A stretch of 64,000 bases of DNA from Melioribacteraceae bacterium (lineage in GTDB: Bacteria; Bacteroidota; Ignavibacteria; Ignavibacteriales; Melioribacteraceae), in NCBI GenBank assembly GCA_026983955.1, contig JALSTB010000013.1, forward strand, positions 17,720 through 81,719. Direction: 5' to 3'. The notes under the pieces were generated by a model. It was not told the DNA's origin. It made no database searches and saw nothing but the letters and a program-made list of their open reading frames with translations. How positions within the stretch are numbered: position 1 is the stretch's first letter; each line of letters starts with the position of its first letter. Position numbers and translations under genes: made by a program. Shown here one piece after another: positions 34,296 through 44,280 of this stretch.

Positions 34296-36128
34296 ATGCA
34301 CGAAAAATTAATCGAATGCGTCCCGAATTTCTCCGAAGGGAGAAACATGGATATTATAAAACAGATTACCGCTGAAATAGAAAAAGTGGAAGGTGTAAAA
34401 TTACTTGATGTTGATCCCGGTGCCGATATGAACAGAACGGTTGTTACATTCATTGGAAATCCGGAAGGGGTAAAAGAAGCTGCGTTCAATGCGATAAAAA
34501 AAGCATCGGAATTGATTGATATGTCGAAACATCACGGATCGCATCCGAGAATGGGTGCCACCGACGTTTGTCCGTTTGTTCCGGTAAGCGGCGTTACTAC
34601 GGAAGAGTGTATCGAAATTTCAAAAGAAGTTGCAAAACGTGTGGGCGAAGAATTGAAAATTCCAGTTTACCTTTATGAAAAGTCCGCCACTTCACCCGAA
34701 AGGGAAAACTTGGCTTTTATCCGTCAAGGTGAATATGAAGCATTACCAGAAAAATTAAAGAAACCCGAATGGAAACCCGATTACGGTCCGGCTGAATTTA
34801 ATCCTAAAGCCGGTGCAACAGTAATCGGTGTAAGGGAATTTTTAATTGCATACAATATTAGCTTGAACACAAGGGAAAAATTGCATGCCACGGATATCGC
34901 ATTCGAATTAAGGGAAAAGGGAAGATCGGCAAGGCGCCCCGTATCGAAACCGTTTTATTACAAAGGTACGAATATCCTTAAATACAAAAAGGGTGAATAT
35001 CCTTGTGGCGAATGTGACTTTATTGGTAAAACAATTCAGGAAACGATTGATCATTGTAAAAATGTTCATAATTACGATTTGACGGAGCTTCTGAAATTGA
35101 ACGGAATAGATCCCGCTAAGCCCGAAGGAAAATCTGTGAAGAAACGGGGTAAGTTCAAATATTGTAAGGCGATAGGCTGGTTAGTTAAAGAATATGACCG
35201 TGCACAGATTTCAATAAATCTGACAAATTATAAAGTAACATCTATGCATCACGTAATGGAAGAAGCAAGAAAATTGGCCGCGGAAAGGGGATTGGTGGTG
35301 ACCGGAAGTGAAATTGTCGGTCTCGTTCCGTATCCGGCATTGCTCGAAACCGGGAAATATTATCTGAAAAAACAAGGAAGGTCAACTGGAGTACCCATTA
35401 AAGATATTTTGGAGACAGCCGTCCAATCTCTCGGATTAAGAGATGTATCCGATTTTGTAATCGAAGAAAGGGTGCTTGGCTTACCCAAGTTCGAAAAAGA
35501 TGCTTTGGTAGAGATGAAATTGAATGATTTTATCGATGAAGTATCTCGTGAATCTCCTGCTCCGGGTGGCGGATCAATTGCCGCATTGGCGGGAGCATTG
35601 GGAGCATCCCTTTCGAGCATGGTGAGTAATTTGACTGCAAACAAAAGAGGCAGTGAAAAAGTGGACGATATTCTCAATGATGCGGCGGATAAAGCCCAGG
35701 AAATTAAAAATAAATTGGTTAAAGCTATTGATGACGATACAAACGCTTTTAATGCCTTTATGGATGCAAAAAGACTTCCCGCCAAAACCGTTGAGCAAAA
35801 AGCTGAACGTGAAAAAGCCATGCTGGAAGGACTAAAACAAGCTGTTATGGTTCCATTTAATACGGCAGTTCAAAGTATGGAAGCCATAAAAATAGCCGGA
35901 ACGGTAGTGGAATACGGAAATCCGAACTCAATTACAGATGTCGGGGTTGGTGCTCAAATTGCTTATACCGGTGTTAAAGGAGGAATTTATAACGTGCTGA
36001 TTAATCTGAAAGATATTTCCGATGAAAATTTTGTTAAAGAAATGAAAGAAAAATGTGAAAGGTTGGAAAAAGAAGCAAAATCAGCCGTTGAGAAAGTTTT
36101 ATCGAAAGTTGAAAGTAGAATAAATTAG
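34296..36128 (+). CDS. Bifunctional glutamate formimidoyltransferase / formiminotetrahydrofolate cyclodeaminase with an inserted Cys2-His2 segment
   Basis: 610 aa. FT motifs are present: ECVPNFSEGRN, HPRMGATDVCPF. The cyclodeaminase motif is SPAPGGGSIAALAGALGASL. The inserted segment contains YPCGECDFIGKTIQETIDHCKNVH. Confidence 0.9.
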   Translation: MHEKLIECVPNFSEGRNMDIIKQITAEIEKVEGVKLLDVDPGADMNRTVVTFIGNPEGVKEAAFNAIKKASELIDMSKHHGSHPRMGATDVCPFVPVSGVTTEECIEISKEVAKRVGEELKIPVYLYEKSATSPERENLAFIRQGEYEALPEKLKKPEWKPDYGPAEFNPKAGATVIGVREFLIAYNISLNTREKLHATDIAFELREKGRSARRPVSKPFYYKGTNILKYKKGEYPCGECDFIGKTIQETIDHCKNVHNYDLTELLKLNGIDPAKPEGKSVKKRGKFKYCKAIGWLVKEYDRAQISINLTNYKVTSMHHVMEEARKLAAERGLVVTGSEIVGLVPYPALLETGKYYLKKQGRSTGVPIKDILETAVQSLGLRDVSDFVIEERVLGLPKFEKDALVEMKLNDFIDEVSRESPAPGGGSIAALAGALGASLSSMVSNLTANKRGSEKVDDILNDAADKAQEIKNKLVKAIDDDTNAFNAFMDAKRLPAKTVEQKAEREKAMLEGLKQAVMVPFNTAVQSMEAIKIAGTVVEYGNPNSITDVGVGAQIAYTGVKGGIYNVLINLKDISDENFVKEMKEKCERLEKEAKSAVEKVLSKVESRIN

Positions 36129-36390
36129 ATTGGGATTGTTAAAATTCGAATTTTAATAAACGTTTAATATGCCGGTTTATATTTACAATCCGGAAGTTCA
36201 TTCACACTAAGAGAAAAACCGGTTTGGTGAATTAAATATAACCGGTAAACTGAATTTGTATAACATAATAAATAACCGTCAATATATTTAACCTTTTCCG
36301 GTTTGTGCAACGATGAGTTCAACCCTATGAATATTTACATAATTTTTTTATTTTGATTCCCAATAATTTAATTATCGTACAACTAACATT

Positions 36391-37425
36391 ATGGCTTCGG
36401 AAACTTCAAGCAGAAAAGACGACCAACTCGAAATTGTTCTGAACGGACAAGTCACTTTTCTCGATAAGAGCAACGGTTTCGATAATTATGAATTCTTACA
36501 CGATGCAACCACCGGTGTTGAAATTGAAAAAATAGATCTTACAACGGAATTTTTCGGGCATAAAATTAATCTTCCGTTTATGATTTCGAGCATGACCGGC
36601 GGTTCGGAGAAATCCACCGGAATAAATGAAAAACTTGCCGTTGTTGCATCGGAGCTGGGAATACCGATTGGAATCGGCAGCCAAAGACAAGCACTTGAAA
36701 ACAACAATTATCACAATTCTTATAAAATCATCAGAAAAAATGCTTCCGATGTACCCGTTTTTGCAAATATCGGTGCAGCGGAAATTTCACTGAAATTTAA
36801 TAGAGATGATATTATAAAAATTATCGATTTGGTTGAAGCTGACGGTTTGATAATTCACATTAATCCTTTACAGGAATTAATTCAGAAAGAAGGAAATCCG
36901 CAGTTCAAAGATTTCTTGCAAAATTTATCACTTATTACAGCCGAATTTGATTTTCCCGTAATTGTTAAAGAAGTCGGAGCTGGAATAAGTAAACACGCAG
37001 CGAAAAAATTGTTGGATAGCGGAGCCAGAGGAATCGACGTTGCCGGTGCCGGCGGTACAAGCTGGGCTGGTGTTGAGCTTTTACGGAAAGGTGAAGAAAA
37101 ATCCGATTTTTGGGATTGGGGTTTGCCGACTTCATATTGCGTGAGAACGGTTAGCGAATTAAAAGCCGATTACAATTTTACATTAATCGGTTCGGGCGGA
37201 TTAAAAAACGGATTCGACATTGCAAAAGCCATTGCACTTGGCGCAGATATTACCGCTTCGGCAAAACCTCTGTTGGATTCGTTATCAAGCAATGGTGCCG
37301 GAAGCGTAATTGATCTAATTAACGGTTGGTTCGATACGGTAAGAAAAATTATGTTTCTTACCGGTTCGCAGACTCTCTCCGAACTCGATAAAACAAAACT
37401 TATTCCGAAAAAAAATCTTCATTGA
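36391..37425 (+). CDS. fni: Type 2 (FMN-dependent) isopentenyl-diphosphate delta-isomerase
   Basis: 344 aa with the motifs MISSMTGG, GIGSQR, VKEVGAGIS and GGTSWA. Confidence 0.9.
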   Translation: MASETSSRKDDQLEIVLNGQVTFLDKSNGFDNYEFLHDATTGVEIEKIDLTTEFFGHKINLPFMISSMTGGSEKSTGINEKLAVVASELGIPIGIGSQRQALENNNYHNSYKIIRKNASDVPVFANIGAAEISLKFNRDDIIKIIDLVEADGLIIHINPLQELIQKEGNPQFKDFLQNLSLITAEFDFPVIVKEVGAGISKHAAKKLLDSGARGIDVAGAGGTSWAGVELLRKGEEKSDFWDWGLPTSYCVRTVSELKADYNFTLIGSGGLKNGFDIAKAIALGADITASAKPLLDSLSSNGAGSVIDLINGWFDTVRKIMFLTGSQTLSELDKTKLIPKKNLH

Positions 37426-37427
37426 GA

Positions 37428-38408
37428 ATGAAAAATTATCAGAAAATTTACGATAGCGAAATAAACAAATTAAACAAGCGATTCAACAAATTATTCGGTA
37501 ATAAAAAACCGGAATCGTTATACGGACCGAGCCAATATATAATCGGTAGCGGCGGAAAGCGGCTTCGCCCTTTTAGCGTTATGGTTTCGGCTCTTGCAGT
37601 TGGCGGTAATTTCCGCAATGTTTATAACGCTGCCGTTGCCGTTGAGCTTTTGCACAATTTTACTTTGGTGCACGATGACATAATGGATCACGCCGATAAG
37701 CGAAGAGGTAAAACCACCGTACATATCAAATATGATTTGCCTACCGCAATATTGACCGGAGACAATTTAATTGCTTATGCGTATAAAAGTTTGCTAAAAG
37801 ACTGCAAAAACGATTGTGAGAAAGTCTTCGAAAAATTCACACAAGGAATAATTGAAGTTTGCGAAGGACAAAGTTTGGACGAATTATATGAGGAAAAACA
37901 AGATGTTTCCATTGCCGATTACAAAAAAATGATACGGAAAAAAACCGCTTCTTTAATTTCAATGTGCTGTTCAATCGGTGCCAGACTTGGCGGCGGAAAA
38001 GAAAATGAAATAAAAGCATTGGAAAAATACGGTATGAATCTCGGAATGGCATTTCAAATTCAAGATGATTATCTCGACCTTTTCGGCGATGAAAAAAAAT
38101 TCGGCAAAGCTCTTGGCGGGGATTTAATTGAAGGCAAAAAAACTTATTTGTTGCTCAGAGCTTTGGAAAAAGCCCGAGGCAACGAAAAGAAAAAATTGTT
38201 GAAGTTGTTACGTAACAAAGGAATCTCGAAAAACGAAATTTCATCTTATAAAAAAATATTTATAAAATTGAATGTAGCTTCCGACGCACGCAAGGAAATC
38301 GAAAGATATACCAATTTGGCTTTAAAGTCGGTGGATTTTGTAAAAAATCCGTATCCAAAAGAATTTTTATTGTGGTTCGCTAATTTTCTATTAAAAAGAA
38401 ACTTCTGA
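37428..38408 (+). CDS. Polyprenyl diphosphate synthase (FPP/GGPP synthase class)
   Basis: It has the first Asp-rich motif LVHDDIMD and the second FQIQDDYLD. I chose the ATG at 37428. A TTG at 37422 overlapping the fni stop is an alternative start. Confidence 0.9.
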   Translation: MKNYQKIYDSEINKLNKRFNKLFGNKKPESLYGPSQYIIGSGGKRLRPFSVMVSALAVGGNFRNVYNAAVAVELLHNFTLVHDDIMDHADKRRGKTTVHIKYDLPTAILTGDNLIAYAYKSLLKDCKNDCEKVFEKFTQGIIEVCEGQSLDELYEEKQDVSIADYKKMIRKKTASLISMCCSIGARLGGGKENEIKALEKYGMNLGMAFQIQDDYLDLFGDEKKFGKALGGDLIEGKKTYLLLRALEKARGNEKKKLLKLLRNKGISKNEISSYKKIFIKLNVASDARKEIERYTNLALKSVDFVKNPYPKEFLLWFANFLLKRNF

Positions 38409-38674
38409 TGATTGAAAAAAAAGTTAAAATTATAAACAATGCCGGATTGCATACACGACCGGCGGCAACAATAGTAAAAATAGCCGCAAAATATAAAAGT
38501 GATTTCTATATTTATAAAGACGGCTTGAAAATAAACGGGAAAAGTATAATTGGAGTAATGACTTTGGCTGCTGAAAAAGGTTCGGAGCTCACATTGGTTT
38601 TCGATGGCGAAGATGAAAAAGAAGCTGCCGAAGAGATTGTAAAGTATTTTGAAGAAGGTTTCGGGGAATTATGA
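38408..38674 (+). CDS. ptsH: Phosphocarrier protein HPr
   Basis: 88 aa with the His15 context NAGLHTRPAA and the Ser46 context NGKSIIGVM. The ATG overlaps the upstream stop (TGATG). Confidence 0.9.
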   Translation: MIEKKVKIINNAGLHTRPAATIVKIAAKYKSDFYIYKDGLKINGKSIIGVMTLAAEKGSELTLVFDGEDEKEAAEEIVKYFEEGFGEL

Positions 38675-40428
38675 AAAAACCTGTTACCAAAAATATTTTA
38701 AGCGGAATTCCGGCTGCCCCGGGAATTGCAATAGGCAAAGCATATCTTTATCAAAAAGACAAAGAATACGTTGAAAAAGAAGCAATCGAAAATACAGATG
38801 CCGCGGTCGAAAGTTTAAAAGAAGCCCTTGAGAAATCGAAAAAAGAGTTGAAAAAAATTTTCGGTCTTGCTGTAGATAAAATGGGCGATAAACGCGCCGG
38901 AATTTTCGAAGCACAAATGATGATTCTTGACGATCCCGTTTTAATTAAAAATATTGTGGATCGCATTCAAACCGAAAAATTGAGTCCCGAATACATCGTT
39001 AATGATGAAATATCGAAATACCAAAAAATAATGAGCGAATCTTCCGAACCCTACATGAAAGAACGCTCGCACGATATCGAAGATATTAAAAACCGGATAA
39101 TAAGGAATTTACGGAAGAAAAAATGGGTATCGAGAATTGAATCGGATGTGATTGTTGTAACCGATGTAATTACTCCGGCCGATACCGTTCTGTTTACCCG
39201 CGTAAATGTAAAAGGTTACGTAACCAACTTCGGCGGATTAACATCGCATGCGGCAATAGTTGCGCGGTCGTTAAACATACCTGCTGTTGTTGGTGTTCAC
39301 GATGCAACCGAGAATATCAAAAACGGTGATATTTTGATACTCGACGGTATTCACGGAAAAGTGATAATTAATCCGGACGAAGACCAGCTTGCGGAATATA
39401 AAAAGAGAATTGAGAAGCTCAATGAACTCGATACGCAGCTTGCAAAATTGAAGAATGAACCTGCTGTTACAATAGACGGAAAAAAAATACTTTTGCAATC
39501 GAATTTGGATTTAATTGAGGAACTCGATTTCGTAGTTGAACACGGCTCGGAAGGAATCGGTCTGGTAAGAACCGAACAGATTTTCGATGTTACAAATTCC
39601 TTCCCCGATGAAGAAGAGCAATACGAAATGTATTCCAAAATTGCACAAAAACTTTATCCTGAATTTGTTGTATTTCGTACCTTCGATATCGGAGGTGATA
39701 AATATTTACCGGTAGATATTAAAGAACCCAATCCTTTTTTAGGCTGGCGCGGAATCAGATTTCTTCTCGATAACATTAATTTGCTCAAAACACAATTGCG
39801 GGCTATGCTTCGTGCTTCTGCATTCAAAAATGTAAAAATTATGTTACCTATGATAAGCTCCATCGAAGAAGTACGCAAAACAAAAGAAATTTTGGATGAG
39901 TGTAAAACCGGACTTGAACGTGAAGGGAAACAATTCGACCAAAATATCGAATTGGGTATAATGATAGAAGTACCTTCTGCTGCGGTTTTAAGCAAGGAAT
40001 TTTCGGACGAAGTTGATTTCTTCAGCATCGGAACGAACGATTTGATTCAATACATCCTTGCGGTCGACAGAGGTAACGAAAATGTTTCCGAACAATATCA
40101 GGAATTTCACCCGGCTGTTGTTAAAGCACTCGATTACATCATCAAGGAAGGAAAAAAAGGTAATATTTCGGTAAGCATTTGCGGTGAAATGGCAGCAGAC
40201 CTTCTGGCGGTTCCACTTTTAATCGGTTTGGGTCTAGATGCTCTAAGCGTTTCCGCTTCAACATTGCCGCGCATTAAAAAGACTATCCGTTCAATAAAAT
40301 TTGAAGATGCCAAACGGCTGGCAAATCAATGTTTATCGCTGAAAACCGAAAAGGAAATTAAGGAAAAAGTTTACGCATTTTATAAAACCCACTTTACGGA
40401 CGAAATAGAAAATTTATTGGAGGAATAA
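38671..40428 (+). CDS. ptsI: Phosphoenolpyruvate-protein phosphotransferase (PTS enzyme I)
   Basis: 585 aa with the active-site His context GGLTSHAAIVARSLNIPAVVG. The PEP-utilising C-terminal domain has FFSIGTNDLIQY. It shows an ATGA overlap with ptsH. Confidence 0.95.
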   Translation: MKKPVTKNILSGIPAAPGIAIGKAYLYQKDKEYVEKEAIENTDAAVESLKEALEKSKKELKKIFGLAVDKMGDKRAGIFEAQMMILDDPVLIKNIVDRIQTEKLSPEYIVNDEISKYQKIMSESSEPYMKERSHDIEDIKNRIIRNLRKKKWVSRIESDVIVVTDVITPADTVLFTRVNVKGYVTNFGGLTSHAAIVARSLNIPAVVGVHDATENIKNGDILILDGIHGKVIINPDEDQLAEYKKRIEKLNELDTQLAKLKNEPAVTIDGKKILLQSNLDLIEELDFVVEHGSEGIGLVRTEQIFDVTNSFPDEEEQYEMYSKIAQKLYPEFVVFRTFDIGGDKYLPVDIKEPNPFLGWRGIRFLLDNINLLKTQLRAMLRASAFKNVKIMLPMISSIEEVRKTKEILDECKTGLEREGKQFDQNIELGIMIEVPSAAVLSKEFSDEVDFFSIGTNDLIQYILAVDRGNENVSEQYQEFHPAVVKALDYIIKEGKKGNISVSICGEMAADLLAVPLLIGLGLDALSVSASTLPRIKKTIRSIKFEDAKRLANQCLSLKTEKEIKEKVYAFYKTHFTDEIENLLEE

Positions 40429-40430
40429 AT

Positions 40431-41480
40431 TTGGAAATATCAGATTATGTAAAAAATTATGATCCGCAAAATCAATTCGATGTTCTTAAAAACTCGTTTG
40501 AACAAATAATCTACGCCGAACAGAACAAATACGATATTACAGGAATCGATAAAGAAGCAATTAAAAATATTGTGCTTACCGGTTTGGGAGGGTCGGCTAT
40601 AAGCGGAGATGTATTTGCAAACATGTTCGGACGCAAACTAACTGTTCCTTTTGTCGTGAACAGAAATTACACCATGCCGGCTTTTGTAAACAAATCGTCT
40701 TTGGTTATTGCATCTTCATATTCCGGCAATACAGAAGAAACACTCTCAGCCGTTAAAGAAGCTTCCGGGAGAGAAGCGCAAGTAATTTGTGTTACTACGG
40801 GTGGCCGGTTGGAAGAGTATGCAAATGAAAAAGGTCTGACGTTAATTAAATTGCAAAAAGGATTTCAACCGCGGTTTGCTTTTTGGTTATCCATTTTTAC
40901 ATTGATTAAGTTCTTTGAAATGCTCAATTTTATTGGTGATCAACGGAATTTGATTAATAATGCAATTGAATTGTTAAGAACAAAAGGTGAAACCTTATCG
41001 AAAGAGGAAAATAATTTTGCGCTGAGAACGGCAAAATCGTTAATCGGCTTTATTCCCGTGATTTACAGCGCCGATACTTATTCTTCGGGAGCAGGCTTGA
41101 GATTGAAAGGGCAATTTAACGAAAATTCGAAAGTACATGCTTTTCATAACGTGATTCCGGAAATGAATCATAATGAAATTATAGGGTGGGAGGCTTTCGA
41201 AGAATCGAAATTTCCGGTTAAATTAATATTCATAACCGACAATGAGTATCATCACAGAATAAAATTAAGATTTGAAATATTAAAATCAATAATTCAAAAA
41301 CTTAATATTGAAATTATTAACTTGGAAAGCCATGAGGAAGATTTTGAATTACGCATTTTGGATTTGATTTATACCGGCGATTGGATTTCATATTATTTGG
41401 CGGTATTGCGAAAACACGATCCTTCCGAAATAAATAATATCAATTATTTGAAAGAAGAGCTTGCTAAGAGGAAAACTTAA
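40431..41480 (+). CDS. Bifunctional phosphoglucose/phosphomannose isomerase (SIS domain)
   Basis: 349 aa with a TTG start preceded by GGAGG. SIS motifs are present: LTGLGGSAISGD, ASSYSGNTEETL. Confidence 0.85.
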   Translation: MEISDYVKNYDPQNQFDVLKNSFEQIIYAEQNKYDITGIDKEAIKNIVLTGLGGSAISGDVFANMFGRKLTVPFVVNRNYTMPAFVNKSSLVIASSYSGNTEETLSAVKEASGREAQVICVTTGGRLEEYANEKGLTLIKLQKGFQPRFAFWLSIFTLIKFFEMLNFIGDQRNLINNAIELLRTKGETLSKEENNFALRTAKSLIGFIPVIYSADTYSSGAGLRLKGQFNENSKVHAFHNVIPEMNHNEIIGWEAFEESKFPVKLIFITDNEYHHRIKLRFEILKSIIQKLNIEIINLESHEEDFELRILDLIYTGDWISYYLAVLRKHDPSEINNINYLKEELAKRKT

Positions 41481-44280
41481 ATACATTGCGGTTTTACTTA
41501 TTTGTTTAACCGGCACCACGTATTCCCAATTTTATTTTTTCGGAAGGAATAAAGTTCATTACGAAAAATTTAATTGGAAAATATTAAAAACAAAACATTT
41601 TGATATTTATTATTATGACGGATTTGAAGAAATTGCGGAGATAGGAGCCAAATTTGCAGAAGATTCTTATGATGTTCTGAAGGTGAAGTTCAATCATGTT
41701 GTAACAAGAAGAATCCCTCTGATTTTTTACAATACACACATTCATTTCCAGCAAACAAACACCTTGCCAGGCTTTATACCGGAAGGGGTCGGTGGTTTTT
41801 TCGAATTTCTAAAGGGAAGAGTGGTTATTCCGTATCTTGGCTCAATTTCAAAATTCAAGCATGTAATAAGGCACGAACTCGTTCATGTTTACATGTCAAG
41901 CAAACTTTCGAATGTCATCAGAACGCACCGCGTTGTTTCCGATAGATATCCACCGTTGTGGTTTGTTGAAGGTCTGGCGGAATATTGGTCTTATTACTGG
42001 GATGCACAAGCCGAAATGGTAATGCGCGATGCGGTTCTAAATAACTTGTTTGTCCCGATAAAACAAATCAGCAAAATTTACGGCTCTTTCCTTTTATATA
42101 AAGAAGGTCAAAATTTTCTGCAATTTGTTTCCGAAACTTACGGAGAAGATAAAATTTTATTGCTGATGGAAAATTTCTGGAGATTTACAAAATTCACTGA
42201 TGTTATCGAATTTACATTGGGGGAACCGATTGAAAGGATTGACGAACGGTGGACGTATTATTTGAAGAAAAAATATTATCCGTTATACGAAAAGAATTAT
42301 CCGTATTCCATAAAAACCAAAAAATTGACAAGTGAAGGTTTTAACTTTTCACCGGTATATTATAAAAAAGACACTACCGATTTTATTTACTTTATCGGGA
42401 ATCATACGGGGTATACTTCCATTTACGAAATGAAATATGATTCTGCTTCAAGCGAAATTGCAGAGCCCGAAGTTGTAATCGAAGGTGAAAGGGAAAAAGT
42501 GTTCGAAGCATTTCACCTTCTTCGTCCTTCCATTGCGGTTTCATCAAAAGGACTGTTGGCTTTCGTAAACAAATCCGGACCCTCCGATGTAATTAATTTC
42601 TATTCTCTGGAGAAACGGGAACTGCAGCTTACCAAGCGTTTCGAAAATTTGATTACAATCTCTTCACCGGCTTTTTCTTCCGACGGAAACAGTCTGGTGT
42701 TTTCGGCAAACGACAAAAAAGGCTTCACCGACCTTTTTATTTATTCGTTGGAAAACAAAAAATTAATAAGATTAACAAACGACTATTACGACGATACCGG
42801 ACCGGTTTTCGGAAAAGGCAATGAAACTATTGTCTTTGCTTCGGATAGAACGGACGGGGAGTTTGCGCGTAAGTACAATCTTTTTGAATACGACCTTAAA
42901 ACCCATCAAATCAAATATTTAACTTATTCGAATTCCAATTCCGTAAATCCGGTCTTTTCCCCCGATTTCAAAAGCCTCTATTTTGAAAACGATTTCGACG
43001 GTACAAATAATATTTGGAAACTTGTAACCGGAAAAAATGGTGAACCGTTAGGAATGAAACAGTGTACAAAGTTTTTTACAAGCGTTTTCGATTTTACATT
43101 CCTTAATGAACGGAAAGTAATTCTTTCAAGTTTTGAAAATTTCTCATTTCAATTTTATGAATTGAACTTAAATGATTTGGACACCGGTTCCCATCAAATA
43201 AAAAGATTCGATTTTACCAAAACCGGCAATAAGTGGTTGGCGGGAAAAATTAAAGTTAATCCGGCAAAACAAAAATTAAAATACGAAAGGACATATACTT
43301 TGGATTACGCGGTAAGCCAAGTAGCGGTCGATCCCGTTTACGGTTCACGCGGTGGAGCTGTGTTTGCATTAAGCGATTTGCTTGGCGACGATAAATACTA
43401 CTTCCTTATTTACAATACAGCGGAAGTTCAAAGTGAAATATTGGATAATTTCAATGTAGCATTGTCGCGAATAAATACTTCGTCAAGAAGCAATTACGGT
43501 TACGGTGTTTTTCATTTCAGCGGCAGAAGATACGATTTGCGGCAGTCAGATGAATTTTTTTACGAAAGGGTTTTCGGCGGTTACTTCAGTATGATTTATC
43601 CTTTTTCAAGTTTCGACAGATTGGAAGTGTCAACATCGCTTGCAAACTCGGACAGGGATTTGATAACCGAATTACTGGCAAGAAAAGCTCTTTTGCTTTC
43701 AAATACGATTTCTTTTGTTCATGATAACTCGATTTGGGGTCCAACGGGTCCGCTCGACGGTTCCCGCTACCGGGTTCTTCTCGGTTATACTACCGACATC
43801 AAATACAATAACGCAAATTATTATTCCGTTATTGCGGATTTCCGTCAATACTTCAGGTTATCGCTTCGTTCCACACTTGCAATTAGAGCCGCAATATTTA
43901 TTAATCAAGGTAAAGAAGCATACAGATATATAGCCGGCGGCAGTTGGGATTTGCGCGGATGGCCCCGCTGGTCGCTCCGGGGGAAAAAACTTTGGATTAC
44001 TTCAATTGAATTGCGTTATCCTTTAATTGACCGGATTTATATAAAATTGCCTTTTCTCGGAATTAACTTTTCAAGTTTAAGAGGTGCGGTTTATTTCGAT
44101 GCCGGCAATGCTTGGGACGATGTTTATACAGAAACCCTCGGAAGTCTGGGGGTTGGTGTGCGTTTCAATCTTTTGGGCGCTGTAACTTTCCGTTACGACG
44201 TCGGAAAGAAAATTGAACATAATTTTACGAAATTACAACCGGGATTGTTTTATCAATTTTTCTTCGGGTGGGATTTTTGA
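41461..44280 (+). CDS. Outer-membrane fusion protein: HExxH peptidase-like domain, PD40/TolB-like beta-propeller and Omp85-type C-terminal barrel
   Basis: 939 aa with a TTG start and a signal peptide ending TGTTYSQ. The zincin-like motif is HELVHVY, with a downstream FVEGLAEYW. PD40-like repeats are present (PAFSSDGNSLVFSAND, NPVFSPDFKSLYFEND). The BamA-like C-terminus is GAVYFDAGNAW...GVGVRF...FFFGWDF. Confidence 0.85.
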   Translation: MLRGKLKYIAVLLICLTGTTYSQFYFFGRNKVHYEKFNWKILKTKHFDIYYYDGFEEIAEIGAKFAEDSYDVLKVKFNHVVTRRIPLIFYNTHIHFQQTNTLPGFIPEGVGGFFEFLKGRVVIPYLGSISKFKHVIRHELVHVYMSSKLSNVIRTHRVVSDRYPPLWFVEGLAEYWSYYWDAQAEMVMRDAVLNNLFVPIKQISKIYGSFLLYKEGQNFLQFVSETYGEDKILLLMENFWRFTKFTDVIEFTLGEPIERIDERWTYYLKKKYYPLYEKNYPYSIKTKKLTSEGFNFSPVYYKKDTTDFIYFIGNHTGYTSIYEMKYDSASSEIAEPEVVIEGEREKVFEAFHLLRPSIAVSSKGLLAFVNKSGPSDVINFYSLEKRELQLTKRFENLITISSPAFSSDGNSLVFSANDKKGFTDLFIYSLENKKLIRLTNDYYDDTGPVFGKGNETIVFASDRTDGEFARKYNLFEYDLKTHQIKYLTYSNSNSVNPVFSPDFKSLYFENDFDGTNNIWKLVTGKNGEPLGMKQCTKFFTSVFDFTFLNERKVILSSFENFSFQFYELNLNDLDTGSHQIKRFDFTKTGNKWLAGKIKVNPAKQKLKYERTYTLDYAVSQVAVDPVYGSRGGAVFALSDLLGDDKYYFLIYNTAEVQSEILDNFNVALSRINTSSRSNYGYGVFHFSGRRYDLRQSDEFFYERVFGGYFSMIYPFSSFDRLEVSTSLANSDRDLITELLARKALLLSNTISFVHDNSIWGPTGPLDGSRYRVLLGYTTDIKYNNANYYSVIADFRQYFRLSLRSTLAIRAAIFINQGKEAYRYIAGGSWDLRGWPRWSLRGKKLWITSIELRYPLIDRIYIKLPFLGINFSSLRGAVYFDAGNAWDDVYTETLGSLGVGVRFNLLGAVTFRYDVGKKIEHNFTKLQPGLFYQFFFGWDF

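Noticed and set aside
36141-36154. Perfect 14-nt palindrome AAAATTCGAATTTT just after the formimidoyltransferase-cyclodeaminase gene, considered as a terminator
   Set aside because: It is an all-A/T stem with no loop and no following T-tract, so it is unlikely to form a stable terminator hairpin.
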